Assembly: GCA_949372875.1 (NCBI GenBank)
Contig: CASIAW010000006.1
Location: 4,966 to 68,965, forward strand
Direction: 5' to 3'
DNA length: 64,000 nucleotides
From: Candidatus Poseidoniaceae archaeon
GTDB taxonomy: Archaea; Thermoplasmatota; Poseidoniia; Poseidoniales; Poseidoniaceae
The notes under the pieces are model-generated. The model did not search any database, was not told the DNA's origin, and worked only from the letters and a program-made list of their open reading frames with translations. Within the stretch, counting starts at the first letter, position 1. Each line of letters begins with the position of its first letter. Both the position numbers and the translations under genes were made by a program. Of this stretch, positions 28,821-38,368 are shown piece after piece.

Positions 28821-31028
28821 ATGAAGAGAACACTCGTATCCCTCATTTTAGCCAGCCTACTCGTATCAACCCTACCACTCAACGTGGCAGCCGATGAAAC
28901 CGAAGATATACCAACAAACGCCGCAGCAACAGGAGTTCATGACTCTCTCGTAGCCGCACTGACCCACGCCAATCTTGTGGCAACACTGCAAGGCAACGGA
29001 CCATTCACGGTCTTTGCCCCTACTGATGCTGCATTTGCAGCAGCAGGCATTGATCTTAACGACTTCGACACCGAAGAGGAGAACAACACCCTCTCTGATA
29101 TTCTTCTCTACCACGTTTACAGTGGTGCAGTTGCATCCAGTGATGTTACTGACGGTCTAACCGTTACAATGGTGAACGGAGCAGATGCCACTTTTACAGT
29201 CGCCTCTGACGGAACAGTCATGGTCGGTGATGCGACCGTTACAACAGCGGATGTCCAAGCCAGTAACGGCGTCATCCATGTTATCGACAAGGTGCTCACT
29301 CCGCCGGCGCCTGGGCCATCTCTTGACATTCCAGCTACAGCTCAATCGACTGGTGTGCATGATTCGCTCGTAGCAGCACTCACCAAGGCAAGCCTAGTTT
29401 CAACTCTGCAAGATGTGGGACCCTACACGGTTTTCGCTCCAACGGACCAAGCCTTCACCGATGCAGGAATTGATCTCTCAGCATTTGAAACCGAAACAGA
29501 AATCGCAGCGCTGGCAGACATTCTTCTCTACCACGTTTACTCCGGTGCAGTCGCATCAACAGACGTAACTGACGGACTCACAGTCGCAATGGTAAACGGA
29601 GACGATGCAACCTTCTCCGTCACCGATACAGCCGTAATGATTGAAGGAGCAACCGTAACAACAGCAGATGTCATGACAACAAACGGTGTTATTCACGTCA
29701 TCGATAAGGTCCTAACCCCACCGGCGGACCCAGTCGTCCTGTCAGACATTCCAACAATTGCTCAGTCGACGGGTGTCCACGATTCGCTTGTTGCTGCACT
29801 GACAAAAGCCAACCTCGTAGCCACATTGCAAGGAGACGGACCGTTCACGGTATTTGCACCAACGGACCAGGCCTTCACAGACGCAGGTATTGACCTTGCA
29901 ACATTTGAAACTGAGGAAGAGATTGCAACACTCACCGACATCCTCCTTTACCACGTCGCATCAGGTGCAGTCGCATCCACAGACGTCACAGACGGACTCA
30001 CTGTCACCATGGTGAACGGAGACAACGCCACTTTCACCGTGACTGCCGACGCAGTAACGATTGAAGGAGCAACAGTCACAACAGCCGATGTCATAGCAAG
30101 TAACGGTGTCGTTCATATCATCGACAAGGTCCTCATGCCACCGGCAGACCCAGTCGTTCTGTCAGACATTCCAACAATTGCTCAATCAACAGGCGTCCAC
30201 GACTCGCTTGTTGCTGCACTGACAAAAGCCAACCTCGTAGCCACATTGCAGGGAGACGGACCGTTCACGGTATTTGCCCCAACGGACGAAGCCTTTACCA
30301 ACGCAGGCATTGATTTGGACACCTTTGTCACTGATGAAGAAATAGCTACCCTCTCTGATATCTTGCTCTATCACGTGTTTTCTGGCGCAGTCGCATCAAC
30401 TGATGTGACTGACGGATTGACCGTCGCAATGGTTAACGGAGACAATGCAAGTTTCACAGTTACCGCTGCTGGTGTAACAATTGAAGGGGCAAATGTCGTC
30501 ACAGCTGATGTTACAGCGAGCAACGGTGTTGTTCACGTCATTGACAAGGTCCTCACGCCACCGGCAGACCCCGTTGTTGAACCAGAACTCACTCCGTGTG
30601 ATGCTGTCGTTCGAATCGCTCCAAGTGGAATGAAATACAGTCCATCAGAAGTTTCTATCACCGTTGGTCAAACAGTTTGCTGGCAATGGGAAAATGAATC
30701 CATGGCCCACAACGTGCGAGAAGTCGATGGAGATCAATCGACGACATATGCAGCGAACGGAGTTTCTTCAGGCACCGCTATGACAACACTCGATTTCCGT
30801 TATACTTTCGAGGAAGACAGCACCACCTTCTACTACGCTTGTGAGCCTCACCTGGCTGCAGGAATGTTCGGCAAGGTCATTGTCGGTGATGGCGGAGTTG
30901 TGGCAACACCGCCAGCCACAGACAACAGTATGGACTCTGATGAAGAATCTGTTCCAGGTTTCCTCGTGGCCATGACGACAATCGCTCTTGCCGGAGCGGT
31001 TATTGTATCGTCTCGACGAACTGAGTGA
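28821..31028 (+). CDS. Surface protein with four fasciclin (FAS1) domains, a type-1 copper cupredoxin domain and PGF-CTERM
   Basis: Four GP(F/Y)TVFAPTD..F / ILLYHV / NGV(I/V)H(V/I)IDKVL units; MAHNV and YACEPHLAAGM copper ligands; VPGF-hydrophobic-RR end. Confidence 0.92.
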   Translation: MKRTLVSLILASLLVSTLPLNVAADETEDIPTNAAATGVHDSLVAALTHANLVATLQGNGPFTVFAPTDAAFAAAGIDLNDFDTEEENNTLSDILLYHVYSGAVASSDVTDGLTVTMVNGADATFTVASDGTVMVGDATVTTADVQASNGVIHVIDKVLTPPAPGPSLDIPATAQSTGVHDSLVAALTKASLVSTLQDVGPYTVFAPTDQAFTDAGIDLSAFETETEIAALADILLYHVYSGAVASTDVTDGLTVAMVNGDDATFSVTDTAVMIEGATVTTADVMTTNGVIHVIDKVLTPPADPVVLSDIPTIAQSTGVHDSLVAALTKANLVATLQGDGPFTVFAPTDQAFTDAGIDLATFETEEEIATLTDILLYHVASGAVASTDVTDGLTVTMVNGDNATFTVTADAVTIEGATVTTADVIASNGVVHIIDKVLMPPADPVVLSDIPTIAQSTGVHDSLVAALTKANLVATLQGDGPFTVFAPTDEAFTNAGIDLDTFVTDEEIATLSDILLYHVFSGAVASTDVTDGLTVAMVNGDNASFTVTAAGVTIEGANVVTADVTASNGVVHVIDKVLTPPADPVVEPELTPCDAVVRIAPSGMKYSPSEVSITVGQTVCWQWENESMAHNVREVDGDQSTTYAANGVSSGTAMTTLDFRYTFEEDSTTFYYACEPHLAAGMFGKVIVGDGGVVATPPATDNSMDSDEESVPGFLVAMTTIALAGAVIVSSRRTE
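29721..30570 (+). repeat. Recent 420-bp tandem duplication of FAS1 domains
   Basis: ccggc(g/a)gacccagtcgt(c/t)ctgtcagacattccaacaattgctca at 29721 and 30141; ccggcagacc again at 30561. Confidence 0.85.
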
Positions 31029-31116
31029 TATCACTCATCGATGTAGAGCGCTGTCGAACATACCTCATTGAGGTTGAAGGGCAGTTGCAAGAATCGTGGA
31101 GCTAATAGCGAGAGGC

Positions 31117-31190
31117 CTAAGTCATCAGTTCTCTAACTGAGGGTGAGGGGTGCACTCAGTGCACCCCTCGCTTCAGGCTGAACAACTTAG
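31117..31190. other. Multi-hairpin intergenic structure (candidate ncRNA, terminator or regulatory element)
   Basis: GAGGGGTGCACT-C-AGTGCACCCCTC (31145-31169); TCAGTT-ctct-AACTGA (31125-31140); enclosing CTAAGT/ACTTAG. Confidence 0.5.
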
Positions 31191-31261
31191 TGCGAGAAAC
31201 TTTCATGCCTGTTTCCCTACAATGATGCGACATATCAAAGAACAAGGGCAGAATACAGAGC

Positions 31262-31684
31262 ATGAACAACATGGGCGACTCACAACGAAAAAGCCGCGAC
31301 CTTGACCATTTGATGGAGCAGAATTCAACTGAATTAGATTTTCTCTCCGCTTATGGAGGTTCTTCTTCTGAGGGAGACGGCGCTGCGATATTCGCCGCAT
31401 TGCGCCGTTTCCTCAAGGCAGGAGGTGTATCGATGACACTTGACAAGAAAGAAACTTCTCTACGTTTTGATTTTGGAAAGGCTTCAATAGAAGACAAGGG
31501 TTGTTTCATATCTTTCAAAGGCAAAAACTTACCTTTGGTAACAAGTGATGTTCAACAAGCAGGATTTATTCAAGGGTCTATGACTAAATCTCGAACATCT
31601 TGCAAAGTGACAATGGTTGAATGGGGCATTGAACAGCGTCGATTTATTGAACGACTTGTTGAATATCTCAATCACGACGAGTGA
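31262..31684 (+). CDS. Hypothetical protein
   Basis: 140-aa ORF with globular composition, convergent with the next gene. Confidence 0.65.
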   Translation: MNNMGDSQRKSRDLDHLMEQNSTELDFLSAYGGSSSEGDGAAIFAALRRFLKAGGVSMTLDKKETSLRFDFGKASIEDKGCFISFKGKNLPLVTSDVQQAGFIQGSMTKSRTSCKVTMVEWGIEQRRFIERLVEYLNHDE

Positions 31685-32243
31685 TAGCTGCAGCCATTAC
31701 TAGACTTGTCGTTACGAGCAACATGCTGAATCCAGGAATAGATTCACTTTCAGAACCAGTATTGCATCCATCATCATTGTAATCAACTCCGCCCCAACCT
31801 GAATCTTGTTGATAATAACAGGAAGACCATGTCTTGTACCAATCACCATTTGGATAATTCGTGTAGTTGTCATCACTGTAAGTCGCTTTGACTCTCCAAT
31901 TCACATAAGTGTGGTCGGAGGGTGGTGTGACTGAAATGGATTGAGTTTGATCTACAATAGTTGCCTCCATCAAGACTGGAGGGTCGCATACACCGTTGTT
32001 GGTACAAACCTGAGTTGTAATCTCAAAAGTGGTACCGTTCTCATATGCCTCATCATCCATTACAAGAGTAAGTCCCCACGACTCCCCATCTGTTGAAGGC
32101 GTGGTCCGCTCTGCGATAGAAAAGGGCACGTCCTCTTCGGAGGGCGATACGTCTTCACCAGCGACGACTTCGCTTCCGAGTGCAGCCATAGGAATCATCA
32201 TCAATGCTATGACAAGTAAAACGATGCAACCGCGCAGATTCAT
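31668..32243 (-). CDS. Secreted protein with PGF-CTERM sorting signal
   Basis: Signal peptide, Cys pairs, C-terminal IPGFSMLLVTTSLVMAAAITRRD. Confidence 0.8.
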   Translation of the reverse strand: MNLRGCIVLLVIALMMIPMAALGSEVVAGEDVSPSEEDVPFSIAERTTPSTDGESWGLTLVMDDEAYENGTTFEITTQVCTNNGVCDPPVLMEATIVDQTQSISVTPPSDHTYVNWRVKATYSDDNYTNYPNGDWYKTWSSCYYQQDSGWGGVDYNDDGCNTGSESESIPGFSMLLVTTSLVMAAAITRRD

Positions 32244-32292
32244 ATCAACGCCATAGCGTGGTCGTATTTATGTGTAAGGTGTAGATTTCAAA

Positions 32293-32802
32293 CTACGATT
32301 CCATGCCCCAGAGTTCATCCCCAACCCAATGCAATGTATTGATACCCTTTCCTTTTGTTAGGTTTGTCAATTCCTCTGCATTCATTGTTGCCCATCCAAT
32401 GGCCAGTGGTCGTTTGTGTGTCATGTCTCGAATCCAAACAAGGTCTCCGACTTCGATACTCGCATCTGCTGCATGAACGCCAGCCACCATACAATCAGCC
32501 CCTTTCATCAAAAAAGGAATTGCACCATGGTCAACTTCAACCCACTTTCCAGCATTATCATGGTCAAGAAAACCCCGCAAAGTCAAGAATACAAATCGTT
32601 CACGCTCTTGGTTTTGAACTTCGATTGCTTTTGCGATTTTATCGACTAAAACCATCGACCATGGGCCGTATTCAGCCATTTCAAGAAAAGCCCCATCGAC
32701 TTGAAGGTCGATTCCCAAATCGCTTTCCAGAGTTTTGAGGAGGGGGGCGATTTTCTTTCGACGAACTGGTCGTCGTTTTTTCATACTCCAATCGCGGGTC
32801 AT
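32293..32802 (-). CDS. PUA-domain RNA-binding protein (MCT-1/Tma20-like)
   Basis: FLTLRG, VEVDHGAIPFLMKGADCMVAGV, PLAIG, KGKGINTLHWVGDELW. Confidence 0.9.
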   Translation of the reverse strand: MTRDWSMKKRRPVRRKKIAPLLKTLESDLGIDLQVDGAFLEMAEYGPWSMVLVDKIAKAIEVQNQERERFVFLTLRGFLDHDNAGKWVEVDHGAIPFLMKGADCMVAGVHAADASIEVGDLVWIRDMTHKRPLAIGWATMNAEELTNLTKGKGINTLHWVGDELWGMES

Positions 32803-32813
32803 AGTCCGCACAC

Positions 32814-33488
32814 ATGCACTTTGTTTTTGACGCTTGGCTTGACCCTGTGTTTGATGAAGGAGAAACGCTTGGTGTTACTATGGCGCTATGGTGTACGATT
32901 CGAACATTTGCAAAACATGCTCTTGAATTAGGCAATGAACAACCAGCAACTCCAGTCTTTTTTGTCAAACCAAACAACTGCCTTCAAAGAACGGGCCCTC
33001 TTTTAGTTTCATCTCACCCTGGAGAAGTGCACCATGAAATCGAATGTGTTGTTCGTTTGAATAAACATTCACAACCTGAAGCAATTGCGGTTGGTCTTGA
33101 TCTCACGGACCGTATGACACAAGGCGAACTTCGGGCTGAACAATTACCTTGGACGAAAGGAAAATGCTTCCGAGGGAGCGCATATGTTGGAGGTTTTGTC
33201 GAATGGAAGGACACGTTTGAATCATTGGTTGATGAACAGCATGACCTTCGACTCCAACTCCGGGTCAATGATGTGTTAGTTCAATCTGCTCGGCTCTCCG
33301 AAATGACAATCTCACCTTCCTCACAAATCGAAGAATTACTCTCATGGGCGCCAGTTGCAGCCGGCGATTATCTGTTTACTGGAACTCCCGCAGGCGTAGG
33401 ACAACTTCACCCAAGAGACCGAGTTTATGCTACTCTAGAAACACTCGATGGCACAGTCTTGTCATATATTGACACCCAATGTGATTAG
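32814..33488 (+). CDS. Fumarylacetoacetate hydrolase family protein (FAHD1/YcgM-like)
   Basis: FAKHALEL, PVFFVKP, HHEIE, VGLDLTDR..Q, PWTKGKCF, GDYLFTGTPAGVG. Confidence 0.9.
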   Translation: MHFVFDAWLDPVFDEGETLGVTMALWCTIRTFAKHALELGNEQPATPVFFVKPNNCLQRTGPLLVSSHPGEVHHEIECVVRLNKHSQPEAIAVGLDLTDRMTQGELRAEQLPWTKGKCFRGSAYVGGFVEWKDTFESLVDEQHDLRLQLRVNDVLVQSARLSEMTISPSSQIEELLSWAPVAAGDYLFTGTPAGVGQLHPRDRVYATLETLDGTVLSYIDTQCD

Positions 33489-33542
33489 GGTTGCTTTCTT
33501 ATATGCCCTGCTGGTGGATTGGCTTTGCAAGGTGGCATCATT

Positions 33543-33923
33543 ATGGCTCAATGGCATGGTATCTCTCGACGTAAACCCAGTGGCGGACGCAAAGTACAGG
33601 CTCGCAGCAAGCGCTCTACTGAAATTTCAACTGAGAAGCAATTGGCTCTCGTTGGAGAACCTAAGCGTAAGATTTACCGACGAACTGGTGGAAACACATT
33701 GGTTCGTGTGATGTCAGAAAACCGTGTCTCAATTAACAATCCTAAGAAGGGAACGACAACAATCGGAACCATTCACAACGTCATTGAAAACGAGTCGGAC
33801 CCAAACTATGTTCGACGAAACATCCTAGTCAAAGGTGCTGTTATCGAAACTGACCAAGGCCGAGTCCGAGTTACTTCTCGCCCCGGTAAGGACGGCGTTA
33901 TCAACGGCATCCTTCTTGATTGA
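33543..33923 (+). CDS. rps8e: 30S ribosomal protein S8e
   Basis: WHGISRRKPSGG, RRTGGN, NYVRRNILVKGAVIET, VTSRPGKDGVING. Confidence 0.96.
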   Translation: MAQWHGISRRKPSGGRKVQARSKRSTEISTEKQLALVGEPKRKIYRRTGGNTLVRVMSENRVSINNPKKGTTTIGTIHNVIENESDPNYVRRNILVKGAVIETDQGRVRVTSRPGKDGVINGILLD

Positions 33924-33973
33924 AGCCGTTCCGCAGGTTTCAAATCATTCTCGCTCTTCGGTGCAATTGGTGA

Positions 33974-34441
33974 ATGGAAATGGACCACAACCCTGACAGA
34001 ATTTGTGTTTGGCCTGGTTATTTCAATACTCGGACATCTCGTCGAAACGGTCGGAGAGTTCCAAAAGACTCGTCAGTTATCAAACCCGATATTGACGGGC
34101 TTTTTCTTGCAGCTCGTAAACTCGGTTTGAAAAAAATAAAGCGTGATGAGGGCGTATCACATCCCTCCCGCCCCCATCTTAAAGAAGGTAGAATGTGGGT
34201 TTCTCGAGGCGGCTCTAAACAATCAGTCGGGGCGAATTCAAAAGAAGAACTTCTGCAACTGATTGGTGCACAGTGGCGCCAAATGCAGCGAGATCAAAAA
34301 GATGCCACTGTTGAGAGAATTGCTCAAGGTCCACAAACAGGTGACCGCAGAGCACGTTCCCAGCGAAAAAACCGTTCAAGTGACTCCTCAGCTGAAAAGC
34401 GATCAAGTTTCAAGAAACGTTCAAGTTTCAAGAAGCGCTGA
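33974..34441 (+). CDS. srp19: Signal recognition particle protein SRP19
   Basis: VWPGYFN...SRRNGRRVPK, HP.R....GR, KEELLQLIG; follows rps8e as often in archaea. Confidence 0.9.
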   Translation: MEMDHNPDRICVWPGYFNTRTSRRNGRRVPKDSSVIKPDIDGLFLAARKLGLKKIKRDEGVSHPSRPHLKEGRMWVSRGGSKQSVGANSKEELLQLIGAQWRQMQRDQKDATVERIAQGPQTGDRRARSQRKNRSSDSSAEKRSSFKKRSSFKKR

Positions 34442-34442
34442 T

Positions 34443-35465
34443 TCACTGAGGAACTTCATGCAACCAACCGAAGATATCTTCTTCGATTTCATTTTGAATC
34501 CCAACAAGGTGATTGTAGAGTTTTTCAGTGACTGGACCAGGTTTTTGATTACCATACGTCGCTTTTTCTTCTCCTTTGGTAATCGAGCCAATTGGGGATA
34601 TCACAGCAGCCGTTCCGCAACAAAATGCTTCATCAGCAGCCATGGCGAAGTCAGCAGAGACCTTTGTCTCGATGACTTCGTAACCATTGTGGCGAGCAAG
34701 TTGGATAATTGATTGACGGGTGATTCCGGGTAGAATTGTTCCTGTTAGTTCAGGGGTATAGAGCACATTGTCCTTGACACAAAAGAAATTCGCAGCACCG
34801 ACTTCTTCGACATATGTGTGTGTTTCAGCATCCAAATAAATGACTTCAGCGAATCCAGCTTCCTTTGCTTTCTTGCTTGGCATCATGCCTGGAGCATAGT
34901 TTCCAATTGCTTTCACGCCACCCGAGCCGCCTGGCGCTGCACGATGATATTCTTCAGAAATCAGCAGATCGATGGCTGAAACGCCACCTTTGAAGTAGGG
35001 GCCTACCGGTGTGACATAGACCAAGAAGGTGTACTCTGGTGCCGGAGCAACGCCAAGGATAGGTCCAGACCCCATAAGCAGTGGCCGGACATACATAGCG
35101 CCCTTTCCAGTTGGAGGAACCCAGCGAAGGTTTGCTTGGACGCATTGTTCGACTGCGTCAATAAAAATTGATTCTGGGACTGGTGGCATCTTCAGTCTGT
35201 CTGCCCCACGTTGCATTCGACGAGCATTTTCTTCAGGTCGGAAAAAGACAATACGGTCTTTTGATGTACGGAATGCTTTCATTCCTTCAAACAGCCCTTG
35301 CCCATAATTGAGGACACCTGCTGCTGGAGAAATTTCCATTGGCCCATAGGGGCGTAAGTCGCCCGGCATCCATGGCTCGGTAGAACTTGTTTTGGTGAGA
35401 TACATGGTGTCAGTGGGGGTGAGTGAAAAAGTAAGGCTGTCCCAATCAATTTCTTTTGACATCAT
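34443..35465 (-). CDS. ilvE: Branched-chain amino acid aminotransferase (class IV PLP)
   Basis: LNYGQGLFEGMKA, YVRP, KAIGNYA, EEVGAANFF, ILPGITRQS, EAFCCGTAAVISPI. Confidence 0.95.
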   Translation of the reverse strand: MMSKEIDWDSLTFSLTPTDTMYLTKTSSTEPWMPGDLRPYGPMEISPAAGVLNYGQGLFEGMKAFRTSKDRIVFFRPEENARRMQRGADRLKMPPVPESIFIDAVEQCVQANLRWVPPTGKGAMYVRPLLMGSGPILGVAPAPEYTFLVYVTPVGPYFKGGVSAIDLLISEEYHRAAPGGSGGVKAIGNYAPGMMPSKKAKEAGFAEVIYLDAETHTYVEEVGAANFFCVKDNVLYTPELTGTILPGITRQSIIQLARHNGYEVIETKVSADFAMAADEAFCCGTAAVISPIGSITKGEEKATYGNQKPGPVTEKLYNHLVGIQNEIEEDIFGWLHEVPQ

Positions 35466-35628
35466 AGCACCTGCCTTAGCAATTCATCCAAGGAGGTGGG
35501 GCTTTCAATCATTCCTCTCTCAAAACATGGATTTTTGATATGTTTTTACACGTAGGCTTCACATTTTATCGACGGCATATGAAGGCAAGACCCTTAGAGT
35601 GGGTTAACATGCTTCAATTTGAGGTGAA

Positions 35629-38316
35629 ATGGTGACGTACTCAGGAGACATCGGGGTTGTCAGTGGACGCTACCATTCGGTCGAAGCAAACAAGGACAAG
35701 GGCACACCGGAAAAAACAGTCTTGGAGATATTTGGCCGCAGTAAAACTGGTGAATCAGTTTGCTTACTCGTGTCAGGGCTTCAACCTTCATTTGAGATCA
35801 CTCCACTTAGTGCTTGGAGCGAGGAAATGGAAGTTAGTGATTTCATACGGGACCGGATTAAAACCGTTGAAAGCATGAACGATGTTGTTGAAGTGACTGG
35901 ACCTGTTATCAAACTCACAGATTTAGGAAAAAGACCAGTATGGTCTGTCACGGCTCGTCAACCCTTCCTTGTCCCCAATTTGCGAAAAACACTCTCGAAG
36001 CAATCATGGCAAATCTATTCAGGAGACATTCCTTTCTTCAATCGTTTCTTTCTCGACTATGACTTAGGTATGCATGTTTCAGTTGAAGGTACGGTTGTAG
36101 ACCGGCGAAATGAACCGAATGACAATCTGGAGCGAACCCACGCCGTCATTCAAGCAGGTGGTTCCGGCCGTTACGCAGTTGATGTAACGGTCGCTTGTGA
36201 TGTTACTCAAATTCGAGACTGCGAGCCGTTTCCAGCTCCTTTCAAAGTATTCTCTTTTGATTTGGAAACCAGTATTGAACATGAAACGATACTGTGTGCT
36301 GCAGCTTGGGTTGAAGACATGGGAACTGGTGCCCGTCAAGAGTATTCTTTCAAGGGTGATGAACTCAGTATCATGGAAAATTTAACGCTGGTTGTTCGAA
36401 GTATGGACCCCGATATCATCACGGGTTACAACATCGATAATTTCGATCTACCTCGTCTTAACGACCGGATGCAAGCACAAGCCAAATCCAAGGAATGGCG
36501 AAAGCGGGCTCAATTGTTTGGTTGGGGCCGAGTTGAGCAAAGTGAATCAGAATCCCGTCGTACTCGTCATGGATTATTCCCTCGCCGCCAATCGACTCGC
36601 GCTTGGAACGTGGCAGGAAGAAGCGTTGTTGATGCTTGGTGGCAAGCACGAATGGCCTTACGTCCACAACGAGAAACACTCTCATTCATCAGCAACTTAC
36701 TGTTTCCTGATGATGCCGAGAAGCATAAAATGGATGTTGATGCATCGAAAATGGATATGGAATGGGCGAATCGGCCTGAAGAAGTCATGGAATATTGTAT
36801 CCGTGATGCAGCGTTACCACTGGATATTCTCAATGCCCTGCAGGTGATTCGTCGAAAAGAGGCAGTTGCAGCAGTTGCCAAAGTTTCGTTTGACACAGCA
36901 GCCATAGGAAGTACGAGCCAACTGGTTGATTCTTTGGTCATCCGCCTAGCTGATTCGGAAAACGTCGCTGTGCCTTTGACAGGTTCGGCTGAAGCCAAAG
37001 AAGGCCAAATTACTGGAGGCTATGTTCACGAAGTCGATGCTGGCTTGCATCCATGGATTGCCGTACTTGACTTCAAGAGCATGTATCCTTCGATAATGAT
37101 CGGCCAAAACATCTGCTATACCACCAGAATTGACCCTGCTCAACCAGACCAACCCAAAGAAGGTGAGCCTGTGCATACTGCGCCAACGGGGGCTCGTTTC
37201 CGCCATCAATCGGTTCGTAAAGGCCTTGTTCCGCTCCTTTTAGAGGATTTAATGGAACAAAGAGATGTCCACAAGGGCGCACTGGCTGCTGCTAAAGTAG
37301 AAGGTGATGTTATCAAACAGTCGTTCCATGATTCAATGCAATATGCGGTGAAGATTCTAATGAATACCTTCTATGGTGTCTTTGCGAGCGGATTTTATCG
37401 TTTCACGCACCGAGACCTCGGCTCGTCCATTACCGCATGGGCCAGGCACAATATCAAAGCCATCATTGCTCAGTTAGAGGAGGAAGGCCACGGAGTTGTA
37501 TATTCAGATACAGATTCTATTTTCGTTCGCTCACCAGTTGATCAACAGTCCCCATCCTCCCTTCGAGAGGACGAGATTCTCGCAGCAAAAAACGGTGAGA
37601 AGGAAGCGGTTGAAAAGATTAAACGATGGGAGTCTGCCAAGCAGTCTATGATTGATTTTGGTCTTGAAATAGCGCAACGATACAGTCGTGATTCCGCAGT
37701 TTTAGAATTTGAAAAAGGACTCTCAGTCTTCTTTAGCCATGGGGCGAAAAAGCGTTACGTTGGACAAGTCGTATGGCCTGCTGAAGAAATGCTTATTCGC
37801 GGCTACGAGACACAACGAACGGATTCCTTCAACTACCTCACTCACACGATGAAGCGGATGTTCCGCCATGCTTTGGCCGATGAAGGCGATGCGTTAATCC
37901 AATACGCTCTCTCTCGAGTACAAGCCGTTAAGAATTCTCAAGTCGACGCTTCAGAACTCATTCTTGCCAAATCGTGTAAAGGACGTGTTGGTTCAAACGG
38001 CGATATTGATTTCACCAAAGATTATGCCAATCCAGACAGTATGGCGCAAGTCCGTGTAGCAAAAGCGAGAATCGACCTCGGACTTGGCTTTACCTCGGGC
38101 ATGAAGGTATCCTACATTGTCAGTGATGCATCTCAGCGACCAATGCGAGTAGAGCCATGGCTTGAGAACGAAGAGAACGGCGGCATTTCAACATATGATG
38201 GTCAGTTTTACGCTGAACGTTTAGCAGCAGCATTGGGAAGAATTACAGAGGCTTTTGACTGGACTGCAAAGGATTTGGTCTCTGGGAATAAGCAAACTTC
38301 ACTTTTTTCCTTCTAA
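35629..38316 (+). CDS. polB: Family B DNA polymerase with 3'-5' exonuclease
   Basis: Exo I FDLET, Exo II GYNIDNFD, Exo III YCIRDA; Pol motifs DFKSMYPSIM, KILMNTFYG, YSDTDS, KKRY; C-terminal PIP box QTSLFSF. Confidence 0.95.
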   Translation: MVTYSGDIGVVSGRYHSVEANKDKGTPEKTVLEIFGRSKTGESVCLLVSGLQPSFEITPLSAWSEEMEVSDFIRDRIKTVESMNDVVEVTGPVIKLTDLGKRPVWSVTARQPFLVPNLRKTLSKQSWQIYSGDIPFFNRFFLDYDLGMHVSVEGTVVDRRNEPNDNLERTHAVIQAGGSGRYAVDVTVACDVTQIRDCEPFPAPFKVFSFDLETSIEHETILCAAAWVEDMGTGARQEYSFKGDELSIMENLTLVVRSMDPDIITGYNIDNFDLPRLNDRMQAQAKSKEWRKRAQLFGWGRVEQSESESRRTRHGLFPRRQSTRAWNVAGRSVVDAWWQARMALRPQRETLSFISNLLFPDDAEKHKMDVDASKMDMEWANRPEEVMEYCIRDAALPLDILNALQVIRRKEAVAAVAKVSFDTAAIGSTSQLVDSLVIRLADSENVAVPLTGSAEAKEGQITGGYVHEVDAGLHPWIAVLDFKSMYPSIMIGQNICYTTRIDPAQPDQPKEGEPVHTAPTGARFRHQSVRKGLVPLLLEDLMEQRDVHKGALAAAKVEGDVIKQSFHDSMQYAVKILMNTFYGVFASGFYRFTHRDLGSSITAWARHNIKAIIAQLEEEGHGVVYSDTDSIFVRSPVDQQSPSSLREDEILAAKNGEKEAVEKIKRWESAKQSMIDFGLEIAQRYSRDSAVLEFEKGLSVFFSHGAKKRYVGQVVWPAEEMLIRGYETQRTDSFNYLTHTMKRMFRHALADEGDALIQYALSRVQAVKNSQVDASELILAKSCKGRVGSNGDIDFTKDYANPDSMAQVRVAKARIDLGLGFTSGMKVSYIVSDASQRPMRVEPWLENEENGGISTYDGQFYAERLAAALGRITEAFDWTAKDLVSGNKQTSLFSF

Positions 38317-38368
38317 TTTGACTGAAAAGAAGGAAGGCCTTTTGATGAAGTTGCCCCCAACTGCATCT

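Noticed and set aside
31029-31260. SRP RNA, RNase P RNA or hammerhead ribozyme
   Set aside because: Lacks SRP helix 8 and the RNase P GAGGAAAGUCC motif; minus-strand CTGATGA has no correctly placed GAAA
35629-38316. PolB as a viral, casposon or inactivated polymerase
   Set aside because: Catalytic and exonuclease motifs are intact, a PIP box is present, context is housekeeping, and there is no Cas1, capsid gene, terminal repeat or intein
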